A stretch of 20,656 bases of DNA from a virus (Duplodnaviria; Heunggongvirae; Uroviricota; Caudoviricetes), in the IMG/VR virus record IMGVR_UViG_2778261572_000002, positions 1 through 20,656 of that record. The stretch is one strand, 5' to 3'. Shown piece by piece: positions 9,648-17,983 of the stretch. Each line of letters begins with the position of its first letter. The first letter of the stretch is position 1. Below the pieces are notes generated by a model. It did not search any database and was not told the origin of the DNA. It saw only the letters and a program-made list of their open reading frames with translations. The translations under genes and the position numbers were made by a program.

Positions 9648-9795
9648 TTTTCTGCTTACCTTTTCTGCGTTTCTTTCTGAGGGATTTAAATGACTGGCGG
9701 GTGGTCTGCGAGGTGTCCTTTCTTCCTGAGACGCCGCCGTTCAGCCTGTCAACGGCGGCAAGCCAGCCGTCCAGCTCGGGACGGCTCATGGTCAT
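9637..9795 (-). CDS. Small overlapping ORF (52 aa, basic C-terminus) in the chaperone-to-tape-measure gap; either an independent small protein or the -1 frame extension of the chaperone
   Basis: ATG at 9793-9795 with a weak GAAGAG SD; encodes MTMSRPELDGWLAAVDRLNGGVSGRKDTSQTTRQSFKSLRKKRRKGKQKNGR; its stop overlaps the tape measure start by 11 nt. It is in the -1 frame relative to the chaperone and that frame is open back to 9894. Below the track's 60-aa cutoff. Confidence 0.4.
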   Translation of the reverse strand: MTMSRPELDGWLAAVDRLNGGVSGRKDTSQTTRQSFKSLRKKRRKGKQKNGR

Positions 9796-9809
9796 GATTT
9801 GCTCTTCGG

Positions 9810-10193
9810 TTATTCCGTAGCGCCCGAGGATGAGGACTGCGAGCCGGAGTCCGGCGAGCCGGGATTCCCGCCGCTCCGCTTTACCTTCAGAATGTCACGT
9901 GCCGCTTTCAGAATCTCAAAATCTTCCGGCACCATATGGTCATACAACAGTTCCGCCGTCAGTTCTTCCTGCGGGATATCTCCCAGACGGACCAGCGTTG
10001 CCGCCATCACCGCACAGCGGTAGTAATAATCCGCCGCGAATCCAGCCACCGTCTGAAAGCGTTCTTCCGTTTCTTCCAGTGCCTGCCCGTTATCACGCAT
10101 GACCGGCAGACGCAGCTCAAAGTTTTTATGAAGGATACCGTTAAACTCCACGCCAACTGACAGTTCGCCGGTATGTGTATTAATCAAAGTCAT
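9810..10193 (-). CDS. Tail assembly chaperone (Mu gp41-like; lambda gpG analogue by position)
   Basis: 127 aa acidic protein between tail tube and tape measure; ATGA overlap with the tube gene. Assignment is by synteny. Confidence 0.6.
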   Translation of the reverse strand: MTLINTHTGELSVGVEFNGILHKNFELRLPVMRDNGQALEETEERFQTVAGFAADYYYRCAVMAATLVRLGDIPQEELTAELLYDHMVPEDFEILKAARDILKVKRSGGNPGSPDSGSQSSSSGATE

Positions 10194-10564
10194 CCTGTCA
10201 CCTTCCTGAGTGCAGCCATTTTGATATCAATTTTCGCTTCACTGTCGACGGTGTATTTCTCACCCACTTCGGTTGTGAAGCAGTCCAGATAGGAGGTGCG
10301 CTTGCCGCTGTTACTGAGCGGATAAATTGAGATTTTCACACCTTCCAGATTTTCCCAGTCCGGCTCGTTGGTATCAGGGATAACCGCCGAAACTGAAATA
10401 TCGTAAGTGGCAATGCCACGGGCAAAGCCTTTAGCCCTGCCGGTTTTGTTCATGGTCTTGACCAGCTTTCGCCCGGTGTTGATCTGAACATCGAAGTCGG
10501 TGATCTCGATTTCCTGGCTGTCCACCTCCAGCACAATCGAGCCGACATATTCTTTAATGGACAT
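10190..10564 (-). CDS. Tail tube protein (Mu M-like)
   Basis: 124 aa ORF directly downstream of the sheath gene; AAGGAG SD 9 nt before ATG 10564. Confidence 0.85.
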   Translation of the reverse strand: MSIKEYVGSIVLEVDSQEIEITDFDVQINTGRKLVKTMNKTGRAKGFARGIATYDISVSAVIPDTNEPDWENLEGVKISIYPLSNSGKRTSYLDCFTTEVGEKYTVDSEAKIDIKMAALRKVTG

Positions 10565-10576
10565 TTACCGCGCTCC

Positions 10577-11998
10577 TTACAAAATCATGTCGATGCGACC
10601 GGCAAACACATGCAGGCCGTTAACCACATCCGCCGGAACCACGCAGTCGAGACGGTTTGCATCTTTCCCGTTTCGCTGAACGCGCAGCTTTGCCTTGTTC
10701 GCTTCCACGTTCTCCAGAATTTCCGCTTCCTCCAGCTTGATCAGCACGTCATACAGTTCGCTTTCCACTTTTGCGATAGTGCGGGTGCTGAGTTTTTCGC
10801 GCGGGAAGCGAAGGCTGATGCGTTCGCGGCACGCCTTGCGGGTGTAGTCCAGCGTTCTGATGGACGTGATATCCAGTAACGAGACGTCAGTCACGCCCTG
10901 TGCGTTAACCGTGTACGTACTGACCGCACGCACAATCTGTACCGTGTTACCCGGGCCAACCTCAACCGGCGTCAGGCCGTTATGCAGAGCGTTTTCCTGT
11001 TCGTTACGGCTTTCACGCTGTGACATGGCGACCACATCCAGCCCTGACAGCGCCAGCGAGTTCAGCGGACGCGCCGGGTCTTCCTCGCCCGCCATCACTG
11101 CGCCGTAGATGGCGGCCAGCACCGCTGGCAGCTTCACGGAGCCGCGATACCAGGGGATGGACACGCGCCCGCTGTTCACACCGGCTGCCAGGGTGATCCC
11201 GTTTCCGAGACTGCCCGTCCAGCCCGCACAGCCAATCGCGCCGCGCTGTTCCATCGCGTTCCCGGTTTTCTCCAGATGCTGCTTCAGGGCGGCAAGGGCT
11301 GGCGTGGTACTGAACGGACAAATCAGAATGTTGTGACCGGCGGCAAAGACCGCATCCAGTGCGGGCTGAATATCCGGATCCATTTCACCGTTCGCCATCG
11401 GCGTGGCGCTCACGGTCAGACCACCTGCCGTGGTGGATGCTGACAGGGTGATGTCATTCCCCCAGGCACCTTTGGTCCGGGTGGTGACCGTCAGCTGAGA
11501 GGCTTCCGATTGGTATTCCCCCGTAACCAGAAGCGAGGGCGTCTGCGTCATTGCTTCCACCAGTGCCGGAATGATTTTCGACGGTTCATCACCGGTTTCC
11601 ACATCCACCGTGACCTGCTCACCGGCAACCCATACCGACAGCGTGCCGCTGCTGGTTGCCGTGCCACTGACGGTAACTGCGCCGGTTGCCGCCTTTCCTG
11701 CGCCACTGTCTGCAATACCGATAACATCCAGTTGCAGATAGCTGTTGGCATTAATGGCCGCGCGCGCCATTGCAGCGGCCAGCGAACCGGCCCCGAAATA
11801 CACATCCGCTTCGTCTTCGGAATACACGGAAACGGCATTCAGGGGCGTGGCGGTGCCGCCTGACAGCATCGGGCCAATCACCAGAACACGCTGTTCATTA
11901 CCCGGCAGCGTGTTAACGGCCAGCCGGGTATTAAACTCAAAATGCACACCGGGCTTACGGATGCCGCCCGAAATGGTGTCAAACTGAATTTCACTCAT
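10577..11998 (-). CDS. Contractile tail sheath protein (Mu L-like)
   Basis: 473 aa; AGGTGG SD 6 nt upstream of the ATG. Size and position (before tube, after head-completion genes) are typical of myovirus sheath proteins. Confidence 0.9.
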   Translation of the reverse strand: MSEIQFDTISGGIRKPGVHFEFNTRLAVNTLPGNEQRVLVIGPMLSGGTATPLNAVSVYSEDEADVYFGAGSLAAAMARAAINANSYLQLDVIGIADSGAGKAATGAVTVSGTATSSGTLSVWVAGEQVTVDVETGDEPSKIIPALVEAMTQTPSLLVTGEYQSEASQLTVTTRTKGAWGNDITLSASTTAGGLTVSATPMANGEMDPDIQPALDAVFAAGHNILICPFSTTPALAALKQHLEKTGNAMEQRGAIGCAGWTGSLGNGITLAAGVNSGRVSIPWYRGSVKLPAVLAAIYGAVMAGEEDPARPLNSLALSGLDVVAMSQRESRNEQENALHNGLTPVEVGPGNTVQIVRAVSTYTVNAQGVTDVSLLDITSIRTLDYTRKACRERISLRFPREKLSTRTIAKVESELYDVLIKLEEAEILENVEANKAKLRVQRNGKDANRLDCVVPADVVNGLHVFAGRIDMIL

Positions 11999-12233
11999 CG
12001 GAATCCACCTGTTTCTCTCTCTTCGCCTTCGCTTTTACCTGCACGGCGTCCTGTTCAGCCGTCACGGTGGTTTCAGGCTCATCCTTCACCAGAATCAGGT
12101 CACCGTCCTGAACGGCGCGCCGGTAATAAGCGGTGTTCTCAACGGTCACCGCTTCCGTGGTGATGTATTTCCGGGCGTTATCCTCCATCGGGAACTTCAT
12201 CCCGGGAGCCGCCTTAACCTTCATTTTGTTCAT
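11991..12233 (-). CDS. Mu gp38-like small protein (DUF2635-type)
   Basis: 80 aa ORF immediately upstream of the sheath gene with an 8-nt overlap; position matches the small conserved gene preceding L in Mu-like phages. Confidence 0.6.
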   Translation of the reverse strand: MNKMKVKAAPGMKFPMEDNARKYITTEAVTVENTAYYRRAVQDGDLILVKDEPETTVTAEQDAVQVKAKAKREKQVDSDE

Positions 12234-12795
12234 GCTGTTGCTCTCTTAATTCATCCAGACCACAGATATCTGCGCCGTATTGCGTACCAATTCGCAGTAA
12301 ATCCGGATCCGGGTCTGACAGCCTGCCGTGGTAGCGGTTGAAGAGGCGGTCCGCTTCTGCGCCACGCTCCGGCCATTTGCCGTTCTCCAGCGCGTGCTCC
12401 ACCCAGCGGGTATCGAACTCACAGGCAAACACGGACATTGCCCGCTCTGCCACGCCGGTGTTAAACAGCGTCCTGACCCGCCCGGGTTCGAAATAATCAA
12501 TCTCCAGCCCCAAATCCTGACCGGTCAGCAGGCGACGGACGGATTCAACCAGCTGGTTTGTCCCGACCTCATCCCGGACGGTGCCTCCCTGTCTGGCGCT
12601 CTGTTCGCTGCGGGTGTTGTAATCACCCACCACAACCACAAAGCGTCCGGTGGCAATGTATTTCCGGCGTGACGTGGAATAGCGTTCGGTTTTCACGATG
12701 CCGCCGAACGTCACCCAGGCTGCCGGAAGGCTGCGAACAATCCGGCCCGGGTCTTCATCCAGTTCACCGGCATAGGTGCGGACATCCTGCACCAT
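12214..12795 (-). CDS. Mu gp37-like protein (DUF1834-type head-tail joining/completion)
   Basis: 193 aa from ATG 12795. The frame stays open upstream and a strong GGAGGTG lies about 60 nt upstream with only non-canonical in-frame codons (ATT/CTG) near it, so the true start is uncertain. Confidence 0.65.
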   Translation of the reverse strand: MVQDVRTYAGELDEDPGRIVRSLPAAWVTFGGIVKTERYSTSRRKYIATGRFVVVVGDYNTRSEQSARQGGTVRDEVGTNQLVESVRRLLTGQDLGLEIDYFEPGRVRTLFNTGVAERAMSVFACEFDTRWVEHALENGKWPERGAEADRLFNRYHGRLSDPDPDLLRIGTQYGADICGLDELREQQHEQNEG

Positions 12796-12848
12796 ATGCC
12801 CCAGACCACAGCGCAGACGCTCAACCAGCGCCCGTTCAATTTCAGTAA

Positions 12849-13280
12849 TCAGAATGCACCTCCCCGCGTGGACTCACGCCCGAACTGACGAGAGCCGGAG
12901 CGGATACGCACCTGTGACGATGACTGGATCACACTGCCGGACGTATCCCGCCCGAGGTTGATTTGTCCTGCCGCGACTTTCTCCAGAAAGCGGATGGCAT
13001 CCCGGTAGCGCATCTGAATTTCTTCTGAGCAGATACGGTAATCGGTCGCCAGGTGATAACGGGCGATATCGCAGCAGTAACCCACCAGAATCCCCGGGCT
13101 GTCAGGCCACGGGGTCCGGTAACGCCCCACCAGATAGCCATCAATCTGGGCACTGGCGCGCGCAAGCGCGGAGGCCAGCTTTTCTTCGTCGATGAATCCT
13201 GTCATGTCTTCATCCGTCAGTGTGCGTGCCTCGCGTTCACTGAACGCCCTGATGAACTGTTCCGGTGTGGCGTAAGACAT
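12849..13280 (-). CDS. Mu gp36-like protein (DUF1320-type, head-tail connector/completion)
   Basis: 143 aa; AAGGAG SD 9 nt upstream of ATG 13280; position after the capsid and gp35-like gene. Confidence 0.7.
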   Translation of the reverse strand: MSYATPEQFIRAFSEREARTLTDEDMTGFIDEEKLASALARASAQIDGYLVGRYRTPWPDSPGILVGYCCDIARYHLATDYRICSEEIQMRYRDAIRFLEKVAAGQINLGRDTSGSVIQSSSQVRIRSGSRQFGRESTRGGAF

Positions 13281-13283
13281 GGG

Positions 13284-13625
13284 TTACTTCTCCTTTTTGT
13301 CCGCTTTTTGTGTTTTCTGTGCGGCGTTCAGCTGTGCGGTCAGTTCACTGACTTTCTGGCGTTCTTCTTCCAGTTGCGCCGTCAGTTCGCTGACTTTCTG
13401 ACGCTCGGCATCCAGCTGTGCGGCCAGTTCATTACCCCGGGCCGCGTCGTTCTGACCGGACGCTTTATCACGCTCCACCACAATCAGCATGGGGTCCGCC
13501 TTCAGCACCGCCAGCTGTTCCGGGGTGAACGCATCCACAGGCCATTCCTTCGTGGTTGCGCTGTGTGCCACACCGCAGCGGCGAAAACCCTCACGGCGGG
13601 CGGTAATTTCAATCACCTTTTCCAT
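13284..13625 (-). CDS. Mu gp35-like small protein with C-terminal coiled-coil repeat and Lys-rich tail
   Basis: 113 aa; GGAG SD 6 nt upstream of ATG 13625. C-terminal half has a tandem 14-aa repeat (AQL[DE][AE]ERQKVSELT x2) and ends ...KTQKADKKEK. Synteny position directly after the major capsid gene. Confidence 0.55.
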   Translation of the reverse strand: MEKVIEITARREGFRRCGVAHSATTKEWPVDAFTPEQLAVLKADPMLIVVERDKASGQNDAARGNELAAQLDAERQKVSELTAQLEEERQKVSELTAQLNAAQKTQKADKKEK

Positions 13626-13628
13626 GCA

Positions 13629-14537
13629 TTACTCCGTCGTACCATCTGAACCAAATGCCATCTGCCAGAAGCCATAACCGCCGTTACAGCGCGCTTCGGC
13701 ACCAAACCGAAACTTCTTACGCATGAATACGTTGTCGCTGTTGTAGTCCGTCTGCTCCACAAAAACCGGTTTCTTACGCTGCTGGAAGATCAGCGGCTTG
13801 ACCGAGCGGGAGGTGTCGAACAGGAACCATGCAGAATCCGACGTCAGCTCCGGCATCACCAGCACTTCAGCGGTGTTGCGGTACGGGTTCGGCGTACCGT
13901 CCGGGAACTTCTCGGCGGTCATCAGGTAGTTCGCGTCATCTTCCAGCGCCGGTGGCACAACCAGCAGATTCGGACGGATTCTGAGAGATGCGCCTTCGTC
14001 ATCTTTCAGGCTGCGCATGGCCGTACGGGCGGCACCGTAGGAGGCTTTCGCTTCAGCAAGCGACCCCACTTTGAGTTTTTTGGTGCCTTTGTTGGACACC
14101 GATTTACCGGCGACCAGGTGGTCGGTATCAAAGAACATCTGGCCGTCGTAACAGGGACTGGTAAAACCGTTATTGATAAGGGACGCCACAATATCTGCCG
14201 GGAGTTCTGCCGCTGACTGGCCCGCGTCTCTGGCCTGAAGGGCATAACCCATAATCTGGTCGTCCTCGATGTCATTGCGATCGACTTCAACCGTGGCTTC
14301 CCAGTCCTTGTTGCGGATGGTGTAGTTGAAGGCTTCCAGAGATTTAACGTTTTTATCACCGACCCACTCGCGCATTTTCGGGAAACGAGTTAACCAGCTG
14401 TAGTCGTTCTCCTTGCTGCCTGATGGCACTTCCATTGCCACTTTTTGCCAGTCAGTGGGGGTCTGGTCGTAGGCTTTCTGATAGGTGGTTTTAAGATTAA
14501 TAAAAATCTGGTTGACGTTTTTAGCGTTGACTAACAC
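13629..14537 (-). CDS. Major capsid protein (Mu T-like)
   Basis: Start moved from the track's ATG 14579 to GTG at 14535-14537 (MLVNAKNVNQIFINLKTTYQ...), which has a TAAGGAG SD 6 nt upstream and begins after the upstream gene's stop (14548-14550). About 302 aa. Confidence 0.8.
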   Translation of the reverse strand: MLVNAKNVNQIFINLKTTYQKAYDQTPTDWQKVAMEVPSGSKENDYSWLTRFPKMREWVGDKNVKSLEAFNYTIRNKDWEATVEVDRNDIEDDQIMGYALQARDAGQSAAELPADIVASLINNGFTSPCYDGQMFFDTDHLVAGKSVSNKGTKKLKVGSLAEAKASYGAARTAMRSLKDDEGASLRIRPNLLVVPPALEDDANYLMTAEKFPDGTPNPYRNTAEVLVMPELTSDSAWFLFDTSRSVKPLIFQQRKKPVFVEQTDYNSDNVFMRKKFRFGAEARCNGGYGFWQMAFGSDGTTE

Positions 14538-14547
14538 GTTTCGCTCC

Positions 14548-14943
14548 TTAACTGAAATAAACCCAGACGCCATCGCCACAGATGCCGATCACTTTACCGG
14601 CGACAGGACGGGCGCTGCTGTTGTCGGTTTTTGCCACGGTCACGCTGTCTTCCACGTAACACAGCTTACCGACCTGCGATTGTGTGACCGGGTCTGAGGT
14701 GCTGTTCGCCATCAGAAAGGATTTGCCGCAACGCACCAGAACGGTGACATCACCATCGCTGCCGGTGCTGTTATCCGCCCAGCCATCAGACACGCCCAGC
14801 GTAATCTGTGAGGCCGTGGCACTGGCCGGAACGGCATAACCGGATGCGTTAACGGCCACCATATGACCGCCAAAAATTTCGGTTGCAGCGGCAACCGGCA
14901 CCGGGTTCAGCTCGCCGTCACGGTAGGGGGTATTGCGATCCAT
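14548..14943 (-). CDS. Hypothetical head protein between protease and capsid (possible decoration/cement protein)
   Basis: 131 aa; ATG 14943 abuts the protease stop (TAA-ATG) with an AGGAG SD. Ser/Thr/Gly/Val-rich, beta-like composition, not scaffold-like. Function not assignable from sequence alone. Confidence 0.55.
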   Translation of the reverse strand: MDRNTPYRDGELNPVPVAAATEIFGGHMVAVNASGYAVPASATASQITLGVSDGWADNSTGSDGDVTVLVRCGKSFLMANSTSDPVTQSQVGKLCYVEDSVTVAKTDNSSARPVAGKVIGICGDGVWVYFS

Positions 14944-16113
14944 TTACTTATCTCCTGCGTAACGGGCGACATCCTCTGGATCGACGCCCATCATTGAACA
15001 AATGGCGATATCGACATCGACGTCATCGCCGGTTTTAATCTGCGCCGGGGCAGGCGACGGCGTTTTGGGTGGTTTGCCGCCGGTCTGGGTGCTGCTGAGT
15101 GCGGCAAGCGGGGCGGTTTTATCCAGCCAGGTTTTAAAACCGTTGATATCGCGGCTGGCGTAATCTTTCGCCCAGTCTTCCAGCGTCGGAAGCAGTCGTC
15201 CGTCAGACAGCGCCGCCTGAATCAGTGCCCCGGCTTCGGCCTCACCGGACTGTTGCGCCAGTACGGCATAACGTCCCTGAAGTTCTTCATATGCCGTCAG
15301 AGGGATATGCTTCGTCGGGTCATAGGCATTTGCTGACAGGCTGGCGATTTGCTCGTCTTTCTGATTCAGCAGGGCCAGCAGGCCAACAGAAGCCGCTGCC
15401 GTTCCTTTGCCACCGGAAATAGCATCAATAATTTTTTGCAGTTCATTTTTAATGTCTTCCGGCGTTGAGGTTGCCGGGAGGTTCAGCGTCCAGCGCAGAC
15501 TGGACAGCAAATCGCTTAACAGTTCTTCATCCACTGTTGTGGTCTCCGTTTCAGTTGACAGACTCGCCAGACGGCTGGCCGCAGCCAGCATGACCGCGTC
15601 CATACCGTCGAGCGCCGGGGTATTGGTCAGCGCAGCATGTAACAGCTCCAGCACTTCGCCGCGCTTGTTGTAGGCAAAAACAGGGGAAATAAATTTGTAC
15701 TCACCGGCGGCAATCATGGCCGCCGCGTTCTCCGTCCACTCCACACCAGTGGCATACAGGCCCGCACCTTCTCGCCATTCCACCTGGCTGAACCAGCCCG
15801 CCGCCGGGGCGGGCTTGCCGTTGTTTACGGCGCGCAGCGTCTGATGTTCGTAATCAATGACAAATGGCGTGGTACGGGCTGCCACCTGCGCGACAAGCTG
15901 CGCGGCCAGTTCGGCAGTCAGCACCCATTTACCGCTTTCGACTTCATCGGTATGTGGGCGACCATCCACCGCACTGAACTCGCCCGCCGGAAACAGCTGG
16001 ATTTCGCTGTGGGTTGCTTTAGTAATTTCGAGGCTTAATGCCGCAATGTTCATCTTCATACGCGGCATGATGACGAAAGGGGAACACGGGGTACTGTTGA
16101 GGGTGTTCAGCAC
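14944..16113 (-). CDS. Head maturation protease / scaffold (Mu I-like)
   Basis: Large ORF preceding the capsid gene. The track start is GTG 16113; alternative ATGs at 16068, 16059 and 16053 (MPRMKMNIAAL...). None has a clear SD, so the N-terminus is uncertain by up to 20 codons. Confidence 0.75.
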   Translation of the reverse strand: MLNTLNSTPCSPFVIMPRMKMNIAALSLEITKATHSEIQLFPAGEFSAVDGRPHTDEVESGKWVLTAELAAQLVAQVAARTTPFVIDYEHQTLRAVNNGKPAPAAGWFSQVEWREGAGLYATGVEWTENAAAMIAAGEYKFISPVFAYNKRGEVLELLHAALTNTPALDGMDAVMLAAASRLASLSTETETTTVDEELLSDLLSSLRWTLNLPATSTPEDIKNELQKIIDAISGGKGTAAASVGLLALLNQKDEQIASLSANAYDPTKHIPLTAYEELQGRYAVLAQQSGEAEAGALIQAALSDGRLLPTLEDWAKDYASRDINGFKTWLDKTAPLAALSSTQTGGKPPKTPSPAPAQIKTGDDVDVDIAICSMMGVDPEDVARYAGDK

Positions 16114-16151
16114 CCGGCCATAACGGGAAAGGATAAAAGTGGAAATAAAAC

Positions 16152-16176
16152 CGTTTTTAAAACCCTTTTAAAAACG
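16152..16176. promoter_or_regulatory. Perfect 11-bp inverted repeat with 3-bp spacer (CGTTTTTAAAA-CCC-TTTTAAAAACG) in the G-I intergenic region; candidate late-activator operator or promoter element
   Basis: Seen directly at 16152-16162 / 16166-16176. It is in the only sizeable non-coding gap of the head operon, 40-100 nt upstream of the I-like start candidates, and is followed on the coding strand by an AT-rich stretch with TTTTAT elements. Confidence 0.35.
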
Positions 16177-16268
16177 ATTCTGACGGCATTTACGGGGTGC
16201 GGTGCTGTAATGCCTCATCCGTGAGGCGTTTATGTCGTCAGAGTCGATTACAGCGCGTTTGTGGTCAT

Positions 16269-16820
16269 TCAGTCAATCACACGCGCAAAATAGCGGTTTG
16301 CGGTGTTCTCCAGCTCGTCGATGTCGTCCTGCACAAGCTGAAGGAAGGGGCGCGCGGGCATGCTGACCGTATACGCTCCCACTGTTGCGCTCTGCACAAA
16401 ATTACTGTTGCGCTTTTTCACAAAGCGGGTGCTGACGCTGCCGTTTTTGTACTGTTTAAAATACAGGTTCTGCGTCCGTGCCTGATGGCGGATTTCGCCG
16501 CCTTCGTTGTGGATACGGGCGTAACGGACGTTTGTCCCGACCGTGGCCTCGTTATTGTTAACCGCAGAGCGGATACTGGCAGCCAGTCGCCCGGACTTCT
16601 GGAGGATTTGCCCGGGGCCGCGTCGCTTCGCATAAGCCGGACTCCAGCCCATCCATTTCGGGCGACCCTGTTGTTCAAAGTTAGTCTCAACCGCATCCAG
16701 CATGGAACCCGCAAGCGCCGTCATCAGGTCGCGCCGGTCCTTCACGGAACGAATCAGTTTCCCCAGCGTGGTGTTATACGCGCTTAAATCAATCTTAATA
16801 TCCAGTTTACCGTTGCTCAT
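16269..16820 (-). CDS. Virion morphogenesis protein (Mu G-like)
   Basis: 183 aa; GGAGG SD; ATGA overlap with the F-like gene; C-terminal ...SMPARPFLQLVQDDIDE... is typical of Mu G-type proteins. Confidence 0.8.
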   Translation of the reverse strand: MSNGKLDIKIDLSAYNTTLGKLIRSVKDRRDLMTALAGSMLDAVETNFEQQGRPKWMGWSPAYAKRRGPGQILQKSGRLAASIRSAVNNNEATVGTNVRYARIHNEGGEIRHQARTQNLYFKQYKNGSVSTRFVKKRNSNFVQSATVGAYTVSMPARPFLQLVQDDIDELENTANRYFARVID

Positions 16821-17983
16821 GATGCCTCCGGGGTATCCTGCATAACCCAGTCTGTCAGCGCGTCATCCTCAACCGTCACCACCGACCAGCGGTCGCCCGA
16901 CTGTAACGCATACCGCCACGCGTTGCCGTCCTGTGTGACATGCTCTGCCCGTTCGATGGTCTGCTGCATCAGCACATAGTCGGCGGCGGTCGGGGGCGTG
17001 TCTGTTGCACTGAGGCGCTTCATGACGTCAGCCGTAAGGTTTACCGTCTGCCGTGCAGCGCCTGTGGCGGCGACCTGTTCCGGTGAACGGATGGCCAGCG
17101 GATATCGCTGGCGCGCATCCAGTTCGCTGACGTTCGCCAGTCCCCGGGAAAAATCCGGCCCGGTCAGGGTGCCGGTGACATACTGGCGAGCGCTGCGGTA
17201 ATCGTATTTTTCCAGTTCCGGCTGCCATGCCGCTTTGCCGGGGTTAAAACCGAAGCCCGGGTCAGCGGTGTATACGGAGCCATCCGGCATCTTCAGCCCC
17301 ATTGTTCTGATGGTCTGGCCCGGCTGGCCATATTCCTGCTCAACCTCAACCAGTCGCCCCTCGCTGCTCTGCACCGTCAGGCCATATTTCTCCACATCAG
17401 ACGCCGAACGCGCCCGGATACGGCAGCGGCATCCGTATCCGTCCGGCGCGTAGAAATACTCCCAGACCGGGTCATCCGCCCGGGCGGTAAAACCGTTCAG
17501 GGCGGCGTGTTTCGGGCGGGTGTGAAGGTCCATCACCGCCACGCGCTCAAAATAAGGCCGGTCGGCCACGTTCGCCATCTGCTGCTGATAGCGTCCGGCG
17601 TTGTAGGACGACTGAATATTGGTATCAAATATCGTGCGCAACCGGCGCGACGTCAGCTGCCTGCCGTGCAGTTCGCCGGTGTCCTCGTCCACAATCAGCT
17701 TTTTACCCAGCCAGCCTTTTGATTCCAGCAGTGGTTCCAGTTGTGCAGCAAACTCCCGGAACGTCCCGCCGTCAGCCAGTGCGGCCGTCAGGCCATCACG
17801 GATATCCTTCAGCACATCCAGTTTCAGCACGCCCGCCACCGTGAACGCCCGGGCGTGTGCGATGTCCTTCACATCGTGCCAGCGGAAGCCGATAACGTAT
17901 CCCTTGCTTTCGAAATACTTAATCGCTTCTTCCGGCTTCAGGGTGTACGCATACCCCAGGTCAACATCGTCAGCTGTCGGCAT
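16817..17983 (-). CDS. Head morphogenesis protein (Mu F-like minor head protein)
   Basis: 388 aa directly downstream of the portal; contains ...HTRPKHAALNGFTARADDPVWEYFYAPDGYGCRCRIRA..., characteristic of the Mu F / SPP1 gp7 family. Confidence 0.85.
   Translation of the reverse strand: MPTADDVDLGYAYTLKPEEAIKYFESKGYVIGFRWHDVKDIAHARAFTVAGVLKLDVLKDIRDGLTAALADGGTFREFAAQLEPLLESKGWLGKKLIVDEDTGELHGRQLTSRRLRTIFDTNIQSSYNAGRYQQQMANVADRPYFERVAVMDLHTRPKHAALNGFTARADDPVWEYFYAPDGYGCRCRIRARSASDVEKYGLTVQSSEGRLVEVEQEYGQPGQTIRTMGLKMPDGSVYTADPGFGFNPGKAAWQPELEKYDYRSARQYVTGTLTGPDFSRGLANVSELDARQRYPLAIRSPEQVAATGAARQTVNLTADVMKRLSATDTPPTAADYVLMQQTIERAEHVTQDGNAWRYALQSGDRWSVVTVEDDALTDWVMQDTPEAS

Noticed and set aside
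9813-9894. Canonical -1 slippery heptamer for the chaperone frameshift
   Set aside because: I found no X-XXY-YYZ motif in the overlap (closest is GGC-GGG-AAT, which is misaligned with the reading frame), so the frameshift is reported only as a possibility.
14944-16113. Nested internal start for a scaffold protein within the I-like gene, as described for Mu Z
   Set aside because: Internal in-frame ATGs exist (e.g. ...LDGMDAVML...) but none is preceded by a recognisable SD; not supportable from sequence alone.
16185-16227. Rho-independent terminator after the G-like gene
   Set aside because: The two hairpins (GGCATT...AATGCC with an 18-nt loop; GCCTCA-tccg-TGAGGC) have only 6-bp stems and are not directly followed by a U-tract on the coding strand, so a terminator call is weak; noted within the intergenic finding instead.
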